This document shows positions 8,778 to 18,430 of a stretch of 47,954 bases of DNA, in pieces. Source of the DNA: Candidatus Binatia bacterium (lineage in GTDB: Bacteria; Desulfobacterota; Binatia; UBA9968); NCBI GenBank assembly GCA_041494945.1, contig JBGQBP010000002.1:1-47954 (forward strand). The letters are read 5' to 3'. A model generated the notes under the pieces. It was given only the letters and a program-made list of their open reading frames with translations. It had not been told where the DNA came from and made no database searches. The stretch's first letter is position 1, and each line of letters starts with the position of its first letter. A program made the position numbers and the translations under genes.

Positions 8778-9998
8778 TCAGCCGCGCGAGACGGCCAGGT
8801 CGTGCGGTCTTTTGCCCAGCCGTCGTCCACCGCCAGCGGTGACGACGACGGTGTCGCCCCATGTGCAGACGGAGCTTCCGTCGGCGGTGATTGCGGACGG
8901 CTTGCAGATGAAGACCATGTTCTCGCGCAGGGCAACGCTGAGTTGCTTCGGGCTGCGCGCGTGTGAGGTAATGATCGGGCCGTCGTCGCCGGCGCCGCGG
9001 CCGTGCATCGTCAGCTCCGTTTTTGCGTTCGCCGCCGGACCGGATTTCGGCGCGGCCTCGGCGCCCGCTTTTTGCGTGAGCTCGGCGAGCTGTCCGACGG
9101 TGACGCCGGGTTTTAGGCTTTCGAGGACTCGCTTGAAGACTTCGCGCTGTACTTTGATCAGCTCCAGGTGCACCGGATCTGCGACTTCCACAAAAACCGG
9201 CTGCACTCCCTGCGAGCGATAACCCGTCCAGTTGGCTTCGATCTCATTGATGATGAGATCGCCCTTCTCCAGCAGACGCATGCTGGGGCGCGTGAGCGTG
9301 CGCACGGAATTTTTGCCCGAGACCCAGTTGCAGTGGACCGGCATCTCCGAGCCGTTCATCATTAATGCGCACTGCGTCGCCGCCCAAACGTCCCAATCTT
9401 TTGCGCCCGGCCGTGCCGCCTTGATCTCCGCTTGATATGCCAGCTCGATGATCTCCATCGATTTGGTCAGGACTTCGATTTCTTCCGGGCTCTTCACGTA
9501 GCGGATTTCCGCCAGGATCGAAGTGGCATCGACCAGTTCCGCGTTGGGGAAGCCTTCGCGAATCTGCTTCCACGTGCCGTAGAGAATCGTTCCCTCGGGC
9601 GTGCGCGTTCCTTCGATGTCGCCGAGACCGGTAATGCCGATGCGGTCGCGCTCGACGCCGAGCTCTTTGAGCCGCTCGACGATGACGCGGCCGTAGTTGC
9701 GCCGCGCTTCACGGACGTCTTTCGTCCACTCCTGCACGTTCGGCCAGCGCGGCGCGGCCGAGGTCGCAATCGCCGTGACCTCGCCGTCGAGCGGAAAAAC
9801 GCCGGCGATATCCGAGTCGCCGCCGCCGCCGACGTGCGTGAGATAGCGCGTGTTGGCCTGATAGTCCATCGAGTGGCCGGTGTTCTGCGGCGTGACGATC
9901 ACGTCGATCCGCTCGCGCCGCATCGCGTCGCGCATGGCGCGCCAGCGCCGGTCTCTCTCGGCCAAGGAAAAACGTGGATAAGGGTAAAGCTCGGCCAT
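8778..9998 (-). CDS. M24 (Xaa-Pro peptidase/creatinase) fold hydrolase with non-canonical active site
   Basis: Creatinase/prolidase N domain (FSLAERDRRW...RYLT), linker IRYVKSPEEIEVL, pita-bread domain with HGRG and GDTVVVT. Start moved to MAELYP. Confidence 0.85.
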   Translation of the reverse strand: MAELYPYPRFSLAERDRRWRAMRDAMRRERIDVIVTPQNTGHSMDYQANTRYLTHVGGGGDSDIAGVFPLDGEVTAIATSAAPRWPNVQEWTKDVREARRNYGRVIVERLKELGVERDRIGITGLGDIEGTRTPEGTILYGTWKQIREGFPNAELVDATSILAEIRYVKSPEEIEVLTKSMEIIELAYQAEIKAARPGAKDWDVWAATQCALMMNGSEMPVHCNWVSGKNSVRTLTRPSMRLLEKGDLIINEIEANWTGYRSQGVQPVFVEVADPVHLELIKVQREVFKRVLESLKPGVTVGQLAELTQKAGAEAAPKSGPAANAKTELTMHGRGAGDDGPIITSHARSPKQLSVALRENMVFICKPSAITADGSSVCTWGDTVVVTAGGGRRLGKRPHDLAVSRG

Positions 9999-10000
9999 GA

Positions 10001-10486
10001 TCAGTTGTTCTTCCACTGATATTGGTTGCCCATGCCGCCGTAGGTCGCGCCGCGTTTGGCGATCTCGGCCTCATAGGCGGCCCGGTCTTCGAACTTTGCC
10101 GTGGTCTCGAGCTGGTAGCCGTCGGGATCCTGGAAATAGATCGACAGCCCGGTGCCGCCGCCATGGCCTTTCGGGCCGTCGTAGGCGACGCCCATGCGCT
10201 TTAACTCTTCCTGAACTTTGTCCAGGTCGGCCGGGTCGATCTCGAAGGCGAAGTGAAGATGGCGCGTGTCGGTCTTGGGCGGATCTCCCGGTTCCATTTG
10301 AAATAGATCGAAGCCGAAGTTCCCGACCGTGACAAGCGTGTGCTTCGAGCGCTTGGCTGCTTTATCTTTTTCGTTTTGTCCCCGGCTGCGGCCGACCTCG
10401 CCGTCGAAAACTTCCTGGTAGAATTTCACCGAACGATCCAGATCGGTTACTACCAAAGCAAGATGGTCCACTCTTTTTAGCTTCAT
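10001..10486 (-). CDS. VOC (glyoxalase/fosfomycin-resistance/extradiol dioxygenase) family protein
   Basis: VDHLALVVTDLDRSVKFY, HLHFAF, SIYFQDPDGYQLE; AGGAGG RBS. Confidence 0.92.
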   Translation of the reverse strand: MKLKRVDHLALVVTDLDRSVKFYQEVFDGEVGRSRGQNEKDKAAKRSKHTLVTVGNFGFDLFQMEPGDPPKTDTRHLHFAFEIDPADLDKVQEELKRMGVAYDGPKGHGGGTGLSIYFQDPDGYQLETTAKFEDRAAYEAEIAKRGATYGGMGNQYQWKNN

Positions 10487-10546
10487 GGCGGTCCTCCTAC
10501 CACAAATCTTAAGATGAATCGACTATAGATAACTCGCTCTCGGCCT

Positions 10547-11635
10547 TCAAGCGCGCACGGCGCGGCAGCTCCCGGCGGGCAGTCTTAGACGCACGGTGTT
10601 GCCGCGCGCCACCGGCGAGGACGGATGGAGCTTCAAACGAATCAACTTTGTTCCCACCGCCACCTGGCATTCCAACGCGTCGCCCATATAAACGATCGCC
10701 TCGATCTTGCCTTCGAGAACATTTTCATTCTGGCCCACCGCGCCGGCGTCGAGATTCACGTCTTCCGGACGAATCACCACCACGACGGCTTCCCCGGCGG
10801 CAATGCCGTCGGGAAGAACGCACTTGATCGTGCCGCTGGGAGTCTCCACGTCCCCCGGTTGCCCGGTTCTTTTGACGCGCCCTTCGAGAAAATTGCTGAG
10901 GCCGATGAAATTCGCCACAAACCGGTCCTGCGGCGCGCCGTAGATCTCCAGCGGGGTGCCCTGTTGAACGATGCGCCCGCTGTCCATCACCGCGATGACG
11001 TCGGACATCGTCAGCGCTTCCAATTGATCGTGCGTCACGTAGAGCGTCGTGATGCCGAGGCGCTTTACCAGCTCGCGCATCTCGAAGCGCGTTTCTTCCC
11101 GGAGCTTGGCGTCGAGGTTGCTGAGCGGCTCGTCGAGTAGCAACACGCGCGGCTCTTTGACCAGCGCCCGCGCCAGCGCCAGGCGCTGCTGTTGGCCGCC
11201 GGAGAGAAACGGCGCGGGGCGGTCCTCCAGCCCGCCCAACTGCACCATGGCGAGCGCTTTGCGCACGCGCGTGCGGATCTCGTCGCTGGAAAATCTCTTC
11301 TTGCTCTCGCGCAGCGGGAACGCGACGTTTTCAAAAACATTCATGTGCGGCCAGATGGCATAAGACTGAAACACCATCCCGATGTCTCTCTTATATGGAG
11401 GGACGTAAATTTTCCGGCGGCAGGAGAGCACCGGCTGATCGCCGACGACGATCTCGCCTTCAAACGGTCTTTCCAGACCGGCGACCGAACGGAGCGTGGT
11501 GGTTTTGCCGCAGCCGCTGGGCCCCAGCAGCGTAAAAAACTGCCCCTGCTTGACGTCGAGGTCGATGCCGCGCACGGCGTAGACCTCGCCGCGCTCGGTC
11601 TGGTAGCGCACGTGGAGATTTTGAATTTGGATCAT
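10547..11635 (-). CDS. ABC transporter ATP-binding protein (FbpC/PotA-like, TOBE domain)
   Basis: Walker A GPSGCGKT, LSGGQQQR signature, LLLDEP, YVTHDQ. Confidence 0.95.
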   Translation of the reverse strand: MIQIQNLHVRYQTERGEVYAVRGIDLDVKQGQFFTLLGPSGCGKTTTLRSVAGLERPFEGEIVVGDQPVLSCRRKIYVPPYKRDIGMVFQSYAIWPHMNVFENVAFPLRESKKRFSSDEIRTRVRKALAMVQLGGLEDRPAPFLSGGQQQRLALARALVKEPRVLLLDEPLSNLDAKLREETRFEMRELVKRLGITTLYVTHDQLEALTMSDVIAVMDSGRIVQQGTPLEIYGAPQDRFVANFIGLSNFLEGRVKRTGQPGDVETPSGTIKCVLPDGIAAGEAVVVVIRPEDVNLDAGAVGQNENVLEGKIEAIVYMGDALECQVAVGTKLIRLKLHPSSPVARGNTVRLRLPAGSCRAVRA

Positions 11636-13356
11636 CCGCCCACCACCTGAGTCGCCTGCCTGCGAAAGCCCAACAGCCGGACCGCCACCGTCAGGGCCAG
11701 CAGCACCAACATCAACAGCGTTCCGATCGCCGCCACCGCGGGAACGTAACCTTCATCCCACATGTTCCAGATGAGGATCGCCAGGACCTGATTTTTGGGG
11801 CCTTCGTAAAGCATCAGCGGCATGCCCGCGATGCGCACGGCGTGGAGCACGACCCAGATCCAGACTCCCATCAGAGTCGGCATCAAGAGCGGCACGAAGA
11901 TGCGCCACATGGTGCGCCACGGCGGGGCGCCGCTCACGTAGGCCGCCTCTTCCAGCTCCTTGTGGATCTGGAGCAGCGCGGCGTTCATCGAGCGCGTGCC
12001 GTAGGCGAGAAAGCTGATCGTAAAGCCGATCGAGATCGCCCAGATAGTTCCATACAAGGGCAGGAAATCCAGTTTGAGAAAGAGCCAGAAAAAGGCGATG
12101 CCCATGACGATGCCGGGAATGGCGTGCGGCATGAAGGCCATCTGGTCGAGGAGCTTTCGGCCCCAGAACTTGCTGCGTATGACGATGAACGAGACTATAA
12201 AAGAGAGCACCACGGTAGCCGTGGCCGTAGCTCCGACCATCAGAACCGTATTTTTCAGCGCCGAGGCGACCTCGCCGTATTCCGCCAGCAAGCGGTAGTT
12301 TTTCAGCGTCATGATTTTGAAGACGTTCCATGACGGGGCTTGAAGGTACGGGAGAAACGAAGCGTAAAGGAACACTAGAAAGGGGAGCATGATCGAGAGA
12401 AACAAAAACAACAGAGCGCAGGCCAGCGCCGGGATTTTCCATTTTCCCAAATCGAGCTGGCGCGGCCGGTAACCTTTTCCCGTGATGATCGTGTAACGCT
12501 CCGCGCGGCCGATCATGCGCGTGTAGAGGAAGGTCGTCCCGACGGCGATGAAGAGATAAACCATGGCGAGCGCGTTGGCTTGGCCGTAAACCGGCATGAA
12601 GGTCGCCGTGCGTACGATGGCGTAGATCTTCGTGCTGAAAACGTAAATGCCGGCCGGGAGTCCCAGAATGCCGGGAATTTCGAAAACTTCCAGCGCGGTC
12701 ATCGCCTGGTAGATCATCACCGCCACGAGCGCGGGCGCGAGCAGCCGCAACGTGACCTTGCGCAGCGTGGAGAGCGGCCGCGCGCCGGAGACCGCCGCAG
12801 CTTCTTCCAGAGAAGGGTCCATGCTGCGCATGAGCGGCACCAGCATGAGAAACGCGGTCGGCACGAGCCGCAGACCTTCGAGGAAGATCATGCCGCCGAG
12901 CGAATAGACGTCGATCACCGGCGCATCCGGGCCGAAGAGATCTTTCAAGAGCTGATTGATAAAACCGATGCGCGGGCTGAGCAGCAGGACCCACGCCATC
13001 GCCTGCAGCATGCCGGGCACGGCCAGAGTCATCGGCACGCCGGCGTAGAGAAAAATTTTCCCCGGCATGTTGGTGCGCTCGACCAGCCAGGCGAGAGAAA
13101 CCGCCAGGCTGATGCCGACCAAGGCGCTGCCCGCGACGTAGATTACGGTGTTGGTAAATAGCTCGTAGGTTCCGGGGTCGGTGTAGACCTTCAGGTAATT
13201 CACCAGCCCCATTTTGTCGAGAGAGAAATCGCCGGGAAGTCTGGCGGTGCTGAAGCTTCCCAGGATAAGAAAAGAGAGCGGCGCCAGCACGAGAAACAGG
13301 ATGAGAAGGAAGATGCCGTGCTGCCAAAGATGGTGTCGGAGAGACTCGCCTACCAT
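11632..13356 (-). CDS. ABC transporter permease (FbpB-like, two fused permease domains)
   Basis: Two EAA motifs (LEEAAAVSGA, LEEAAYVSGA). Start moved to ATG 13356, overlapping the SBP stop (TAATG). Confidence 0.93.
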   Translation of the reverse strand: MVGESLRHHLWQHGIFLLILFLVLAPLSFLILGSFSTARLPGDFSLDKMGLVNYLKVYTDPGTYELFTNTVIYVAGSALVGISLAVSLAWLVERTNMPGKIFLYAGVPMTLAVPGMLQAMAWVLLLSPRIGFINQLLKDLFGPDAPVIDVYSLGGMIFLEGLRLVPTAFLMLVPLMRSMDPSLEEAAAVSGARPLSTLRKVTLRLLAPALVAVMIYQAMTALEVFEIPGILGLPAGIYVFSTKIYAIVRTATFMPVYGQANALAMVYLFIAVGTTFLYTRMIGRAERYTIITGKGYRPRQLDLGKWKIPALACALLFLFLSIMLPFLVFLYASFLPYLQAPSWNVFKIMTLKNYRLLAEYGEVASALKNTVLMVGATATATVVLSFIVSFIVIRSKFWGRKLLDQMAFMPHAIPGIVMGIAFFWLFLKLDFLPLYGTIWAISIGFTISFLAYGTRSMNAALLQIHKELEEAAYVSGAPPWRTMWRIFVPLLMPTLMGVWIWVVLHAVRIAGMPLMLYEGPKNQVLAILIWNMWDEGYVPAVAAIGTLLMLVLLALTVAVRLLGFRRQATQVVGG

Positions 13357-14525
13357 TATGATTTGCCGCGCCGATTTCCTCCGGCCCGGAGCCAAAGCTC
13401 GTCCCACACTTCGAGCAGCTTCGGCTGGACCTCCAGCTCCAAAGCCGGGTCTCTGAAGGCGATCTCCTTGCCCACGATCTGATCGGCGAAGGGCAGCAGC
13501 TCTTTACGCTGCAGGTCCTTGTGGACCGGCGGAGCGTAGTCGGCGACGTACTGGGCGATCTGTCCCTCTTTGCTGAGGAACCAGTTCACGAAGATCCGCG
13601 CGGAGTTGATGTTGGGCGAGCCTTTGAGGATCGCCATCTCGGAAACGGCCGCGGGCACCGGCTCGGGACAGGCGTAGTTCACCGGCGCTCCGTCCAGCGT
13701 CTTCTGATACGTGCGATACTCCGCCGAGGGAAGGCTGCCGTAGAATTCTCCGGCGGCCAAAAGTTCCAGCATCGCGTTCATTCCCTCCCGGCGCAACTGC
13801 GGCTTCACGTCGGTGAAGAGCTTGGTGAGAAAATCTTTGGTCCACTTCTCGCCTTTGGCCTTCCAGAGCTGCAGCGCCCAGAGCTGCGGGCGGTTTCCGA
13901 TCGCGAGATTGCCGTTGCGCCATTTGGGATTGGTAAGGAAATCTTCCCACTTTTTGGGCGCGTCCGCCTTGCTGATCTGTTTTGTATTGTAAGCCATGCA
14001 CCAGTAGCGGTTGTGCATGCCCACCCAGAAGCCCTGCGGGTCGACGGTCCCGACAGGATTGTTTTTCCAATTGGGAATATTTCTAAGGTCCTCCATCGCG
14101 CCGATCTCGCTGTACATGAAGAAGCTCCCGCCGAGTCCGGTCAGAATGTCCGTGACGCTCTTTTTATTTTTGTAGGCGATCAAAGTCCGGATCGCCCGGT
14201 CCTCATGGCTCGCGCGGTTGTATTCGATCGCGATGAACGGGTAGCGTTCTTTGAAGGCGCGCAACAACTGGTCTGCCTGCGGTGGATCGAAGGTCGAGAA
14301 AATACGCAGATGGCGCTCTTTTTTGGCCCCGTCGATCCAGCTCTGCGGGACATTCAGCTCTGCATCGATGTTCGACAGGATCGAGGGATCGAGCTTGACC
14401 TTTTTGAGATCCTCCAGCGTAGCTTTCGGCAGCAACGGCGCCGAAGCGGAAAATGTCCGGGCTGCCGTAAACGCGAGTAGAGCCGACAATAGGACGGCAG
14501 CGAGCGCGATTTTGCTCCGACTCAT
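13356..14525 (-). CDS. ABC solute-binding protein
   Basis: Signal peptide, AKKE, PKKWEDFL, NSARIFVNWFLSKEGQ; AGGAG RBS. Confidence 0.9.
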   Translation of the reverse strand: MSRSKIALAAVLLSALLAFTAARTFSASAPLLPKATLEDLKKVKLDPSILSNIDAELNVPQSWIDGAKKERHLRIFSTFDPPQADQLLRAFKERYPFIAIEYNRASHEDRAIRTLIAYKNKKSVTDILTGLGGSFFMYSEIGAMEDLRNIPNWKNNPVGTVDPQGFWVGMHNRYWCMAYNTKQISKADAPKKWEDFLTNPKWRNGNLAIGNRPQLWALQLWKAKGEKWTKDFLTKLFTDVKPQLRREGMNAMLELLAAGEFYGSLPSAEYRTYQKTLDGAPVNYACPEPVPAAVSEMAILKGSPNINSARIFVNWFLSKEGQIAQYVADYAPPVHKDLQRKELLPFADQIVGKEIAFRDPALELEVQPKLLEVWDELWLRAGGNRRGKS

Positions 14526-14550
14526 TTTATTCTCCTTTTCGGCCGATTCC

Positions 14551-15576
14551 TTAAAGGCCGAATATCTTCCTGAAATCCCTGACGTACTCGTTATAGCGCG
14601 TCGCCGTGTCGAGCGGCACGACGCGCAGCTTGAGCTTCGATTGATTCATTTTGGGCGAGGGCGGCTCGATGTCCGCGCGCGCCGGCACGCGGCTGAAGGA
14701 GCGGATTTTCTCCTGAGAATTTTTGGAGAGAATGAAGTCGATAAACAGCCTGGCAGCGTTCGGGTGGTTGGGTTTGGCGCTGATGCCGACCGAGTGGACC
14801 GAGACGACGATCGGATCGACGGTGTTGGCCCATTCAAGCGGGGCGCCCTTTTTTTTATCCGACTCGACGCGATGGGCGTAGACGATCGCGAGCGGAAACT
14901 CGCCCGCGCCCATGAGCTGCGCGATCAGGGCGTGGCCTTTGCGCCATTGGATGTTTTGCCTGGCGAGGGCGCCCATGTACTTGTTCGTTTTTTCTTTGCC
15001 CCAGGCGGCCAGCAGCGTGACGTACCAGGGATATTCTTCCGGGTCGATGGAGATCTTGTCCTTCCAGCGGGCGTCGAGAAGATCCTCCCACCGCTGCGGC
15101 GCGTCCTTCTCGGCCACCTGCCGGATGTTGTAGCCGGGAACGTAGTAGTTGAGATATACCGCGTTCCAACGGCCTTGCGGATCTTTGAATTCTTTGATGT
15201 AGCTTTTAGCTTCGGGCGAGTAATACGGCGCGATCAACTTGTGCTCGATCAGCGTGCCGATTTCGCTCAAACCGGCGACGTCGAAAATCCACATGCCGGC
15301 GCGGGTCTCGGTGGTCACCCGGTTTTGAATCTTCTCGCCGCTGGAGCGGAACAATTCCACTTTGATAAAAGGGTATTGTTTTTCGAAGTCATCGGCCAGC
15401 GGCTTCGATTCGTTGACGTTCATCGAGGTGTACCAGGAGAGGTTGCCTTCCTTTTTGGCGCCTTCGACAAGCTTGGCCGTGGGGTCGGCCTGCGCGAAGG
15501 CCGAGTCATTACCGAGAGCCAAGAGGAGAAGAGATAGGGCGAGCGACCCAAGATTGTTTCGGTTACAGGCGTTCAT
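14551..15576 (-). CDS. ABC solute-binding protein (Fe3+-type SBP family)
   Basis: Signal peptide, AKKEGNLSWYTS, PQRWEDLL, PNHPNAARLFIDFILS. Confidence 0.9.
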   Translation of the reverse strand: MNACNRNNLGSLALSLLLLALGNDSAFAQADPTAKLVEGAKKEGNLSWYTSMNVNESKPLADDFEKQYPFIKVELFRSSGEKIQNRVTTETRAGMWIFDVAGLSEIGTLIEHKLIAPYYSPEAKSYIKEFKDPQGRWNAVYLNYYVPGYNIRQVAEKDAPQRWEDLLDARWKDKISIDPEEYPWYVTLLAAWGKEKTNKYMGALARQNIQWRKGHALIAQLMGAGEFPLAIVYAHRVESDKKKGAPLEWANTVDPIVVSVHSVGISAKPNHPNAARLFIDFILSKNSQEKIRSFSRVPARADIEPPSPKMNQSKLKLRVVPLDTATRYNEYVRDFRKIFGL

Positions 15577-15600
15577 CAGACCTCGCGAAATTCACAGCGA

Positions 15601-15629
15601 AGGCTATGAAGATAAGGCGTCGCTGTCAA
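15601..15629 (-). promoter_or_regulatory. Candidate sigma70 promoter of the ABC operon
   Basis: TTGACA (15629-15624), 17 nt, TAGCCT (15606-15601). Confidence 0.55.
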
Positions 15630-15644
15630 GAGGGTCGTCCGCTG

Positions 15645-16295
15645 TCAGCTTCTATCTTTAACCTTCGGTTTGCGAAGGTATTCCTTGAGCAGCGGCGAAT
15701 CGTAGTTGGCGCGCTCGACCCCGCTCATGTGGGTGTAGAATTTTCCCATCGGCTTGCCGGCGGGATCGTACTTGGTTCCCATGTAAAGCAGCGGATCGGA
15801 GTCTTCGCGAAACAGCTCGCCTTCCATACACCCTTTGCGCATGTGAGTCGCCATGACTTCGCCGACGAACAGATCCAGTTCCTCGCCGAACGGTATGACT
15901 TGCACCAACCGGTACTCCACGTTGCCGATCGCCTCGCCGATCAGCGGCACGGAACCCTTGGACGGCTTGACCGGCGTGAGCCCGGTGGCCTTCCACTTGT
16001 CCACGTCGTTTCCCGAGATGTAGCCGGCAAAAACGACAACGTCCATCATCTTGTCCGTCGGCGCGCTCATGACGAACTCGCCGCGCTCCAGAATCAGTTT
16101 GTAAGTGAGCGTTCTCTTGAGAATCGACACCACCATGCGCGAAGGCTCGGCGCCCATGGGTGAAAACCACATCGCGGTCAAAAAGTTGAGCCGGTCTTTG
16201 GCGCCCCGGCTGACAACCAGCGACGGGATGCGCACCGAGAACGGCTTGTTGCCGTGCCGCGCCGGCTCGAACATCTCCGGCTCTTTCCAATCCAA
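15645..16295 (-). CDS. Flavin reductase family protein (DIM6/NtaB split-barrel)
   Basis: LNFLTAMW, TYKLILERGEFVM, SGNDVDKW, VPLIGEA, LFVGEV. The likely start is TTG 16295, with AGGAGG just upstream. Confidence 0.88.
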   Translation of the reverse strand: MDWKEPEMFEPARHGNKPFSVRIPSLVVSRGAKDRLNFLTAMWFSPMGAEPSRMVVSILKRTLTYKLILERGEFVMSAPTDKMMDVVVFAGYISGNDVDKWKATGLTPVKPSKGSVPLIGEAIGNVEYRLVQVIPFGEELDLFVGEVMATHMRKGCMEGELFREDSDPLLYMGTKYDPAGKPMGKFYTHMSGVERANYDSPLLKEYLRKPKVKDRS

Positions 16296-16410
16296 TCGGG
16301 GCCTCCTATTTTTGTGATTTGAAGCGAGACTGTGGCAATGCTTAGCACGGATTTTTGCGCGAAGAAAGAAGCGCCCGACAGTTGCCTGCATGCGTCTGAA
16401 CCTGTTATGA

Positions 16411-17790
16411 ATGCCCGTCATGGAACAGACCGGGCTGCGGCGGCAGTTGGGACTTTTCAGCGCGGTGATGATCATTTGCGGCGACATGATCGGCATCGGC
16501 ATCTTTTTCGCCAGCGGCGCTATTGCCGAAACTCTTCCCTCGCCCGGGGGCGTGCTGTTGGTCTGGACCTTCGGCGGGCTTTTAGCTCTCACGGGGGCGC
16601 TGAGTTGCGCCGAGCTTTCCGCAAGCCTGCCCTACGCCGGCGGAGATTACATCTACATCAGAGAAGCTTACGGCAAGCTCATGGGCTTTCTCTCAGGATG
16701 GTCTTCGTTCCTGGTCACATTCTCCGGCGCCATCGCTTTCCTGGCCGTGAGCTTTACGGGATTTGCGGCCTTTTTCTTTCCCGCGCTGGGGTCGCAGGAG
16801 GCGCTGTTCTCCACCGGGTTTTTGGGTCTATCGTTCAATGTCACCGTAGGAACGATTTTTTCCATCGCGATCGTGTCGCTGATATCGGCGCTGCATTGCC
16901 TCGGGGTCAAGCAGGGAACCATCGCCCAAAACGTATTGACGATTTTTAAGATCGGCGCGCTGGCGGGCATCATCGTGCTGGGAGTTTTATTCGGCAAAGG
17001 CAGCACGGAGCATTTTAAGCCGCTATTCGACTGGGGGGCGATCGCCAAGTTCAGCGTGTTCGGCGCCGCCTTTATCCCCGCGATCTTTGCGTACTCCGGG
17101 TGGAACGCGATCATTTACATCGCCGGCGAAGTCAAGGAACCGGAGAAAAATCTGCCGCGCGCGTTGTTGATGGGAAACTTAATCGTGATCGCGCTCTACT
17201 TCGCGGTCAACGTTATCTATATCTACGCCGTGCCCGTGACCGAGATGAAGGGCGCGCTTCGCGTATCCGAAGTGGCGACGACGGCGCTATTCGGTCATCA
17301 AACGTCAGCCTGGATCACGGCGATCATCACGGTCTCGGTGCTTGGCGCTTTAAACGTAGTCACGATGCTCGGCCCGCGGATCTACTACGCCATGGCCCGG
17401 GACGGTGTTTTCTTCAAGAGCCTCGCCCGCGTGCATCCGACGTTTGGCACGCCGGTCGGCGCCATCGTTCTTCAGGCAATCTGGGCCAGCTTTCTCATCA
17501 TCACCGGGACCTTCGGCACGCTTTTTACCTTCGTTAGCGTCATCATCACGCTTTTCTCCGCGCTCACCGTCGGGTCGGTCATCGTGCTCCGATGGAAGAG
17601 GCCGGAGCTCAATCGGCCGTACAAGCTTTGGGGTTACCCGATCGTGCCGGTCGTATTTATTCTCGCCCATTTATGGATCGTCTGGGGAGCCCTGACTCAT
17701 AAACCAGTGGAGTCCCTATGGGGTCTTGTCATCGTGAGCCTAGGTATCCCCGCTTATTTTTACTGGAAATATCAAACGACGAAGAACTGA
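16411..17790 (+). CDS. APC-family amino acid permease (LAT/SteT-like)
   Basis: IGIGIF, AELSASLP.AGG.Y.Y, FAYSGWN, EVKEPEKNLPRA, RPYKLWGYP; about 12 TM segments. Confidence 0.93.
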   Translation: MPVMEQTGLRRQLGLFSAVMIICGDMIGIGIFFASGAIAETLPSPGGVLLVWTFGGLLALTGALSCAELSASLPYAGGDYIYIREAYGKLMGFLSGWSSFLVTFSGAIAFLAVSFTGFAAFFFPALGSQEALFSTGFLGLSFNVTVGTIFSIAIVSLISALHCLGVKQGTIAQNVLTIFKIGALAGIIVLGVLFGKGSTEHFKPLFDWGAIAKFSVFGAAFIPAIFAYSGWNAIIYIAGEVKEPEKNLPRALLMGNLIVIALYFAVNVIYIYAVPVTEMKGALRVSEVATTALFGHQTSAWITAIITVSVLGALNVVTMLGPRIYYAMARDGVFFKSLARVHPTFGTPVGAIVLQAIWASFLIITGTFGTLFTFVSVIITLFSALTVGSVIVLRWKRPELNRPYKLWGYPIVPVVFILAHLWIVWGALTHKPVESLWGLVIVSLGIPAYFYWKYQTTKN

Positions 17791-17808
17791 GTTCACGCCG
17801 GCTGGCTT

Positions 17809-18417
17809 ATGGTTCGGATCACGCGCGTCTACACTAGGACCGGCGATAAGGGGAACACCGCGTTAGTCGGAGGGCGGCGCGTCGCCAAAGATTCTCCCAG
17901 GATCGAGTCGTATGGGACGATCGACGAGATGAACTCCATCATCGGCCTCGCGCGCGCCTTCAACGCGGACAAGTTGGATCAGGGGGAAGCCCATCGCTAC
18001 CTGGACGACGTGCTCGCCAAGATTCAGGACGAGCTTTTCGATCTGGGCAGCGAGCTGGCGACGCCGGAGGATGCCGCTTACGCGGGCATGTACCGCGTCG
18101 GCGCGGCGGAGGTGAAGCGGATCGAAGAGACCATCGACCATTGCCAGAAAGATCTGGCGCCGCTCCAATCGTTCATCCTTCCCGGCGGCGGGAAGATCGG
18201 CGCGTTTCTCCACCAGTGCCGCACCGTCTGCCGCCGCGCCGAGCGGGAGATTCTCCGGCTGTCGCGCGCGGAAGATCTCAGCGAGTGGCCGCTCAAGTAT
18301 GTCAATCGCCTGAGCGATTTGTTCTTCGTTCTGGCGCGCTGGGTCGCGAAGCATGGCGGAGAAAAAGAAGTTCTCTGGCAGAGAGGACTCGAAGAGAAAG
18401 TAAAAAGGAAAAAGTAA
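17809..18417 (+). CDS. pduO: ATP:cob(I)alamin adenosyltransferase, PduO type
   Basis: [47 protein letters not shown]. Confidence 0.93.
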   Translation: MVRITRVYTRTGDKGNTALVGGRRVAKDSPRIESYGTIDEMNSIIGLARAFNADKLDQGEAHRYLDDVLAKIQDELFDLGSELATPEDAAYAGMYRVGAAEVKRIEETIDHCQKDLAPLQSFILPGGGKIGAFLHQCRTVCRRAEREILRLSRAEDLSEWPLKYVNRLSDLFFVLARWVAKHGGEKEVLWQRGLEEKVKRKK

Positions 18418-18430
18418 AAAGGAAAAAGTT
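18397..18430 (+). repeat. Tandem 14-bp (2x7) repeat AAAGTAAAAAGGAA, about 2.4 copies
   Basis: 18397-18410 equals 18411-18424, followed by AAAGTT. It spans the pduO stop and the fabI RBS. Confidence 0.85.

Noticed and set aside
10001-10486. Fosfomycin resistance gene
   Set aside because: The VOC fold alone is not diagnostic, and the context suggests catabolism.
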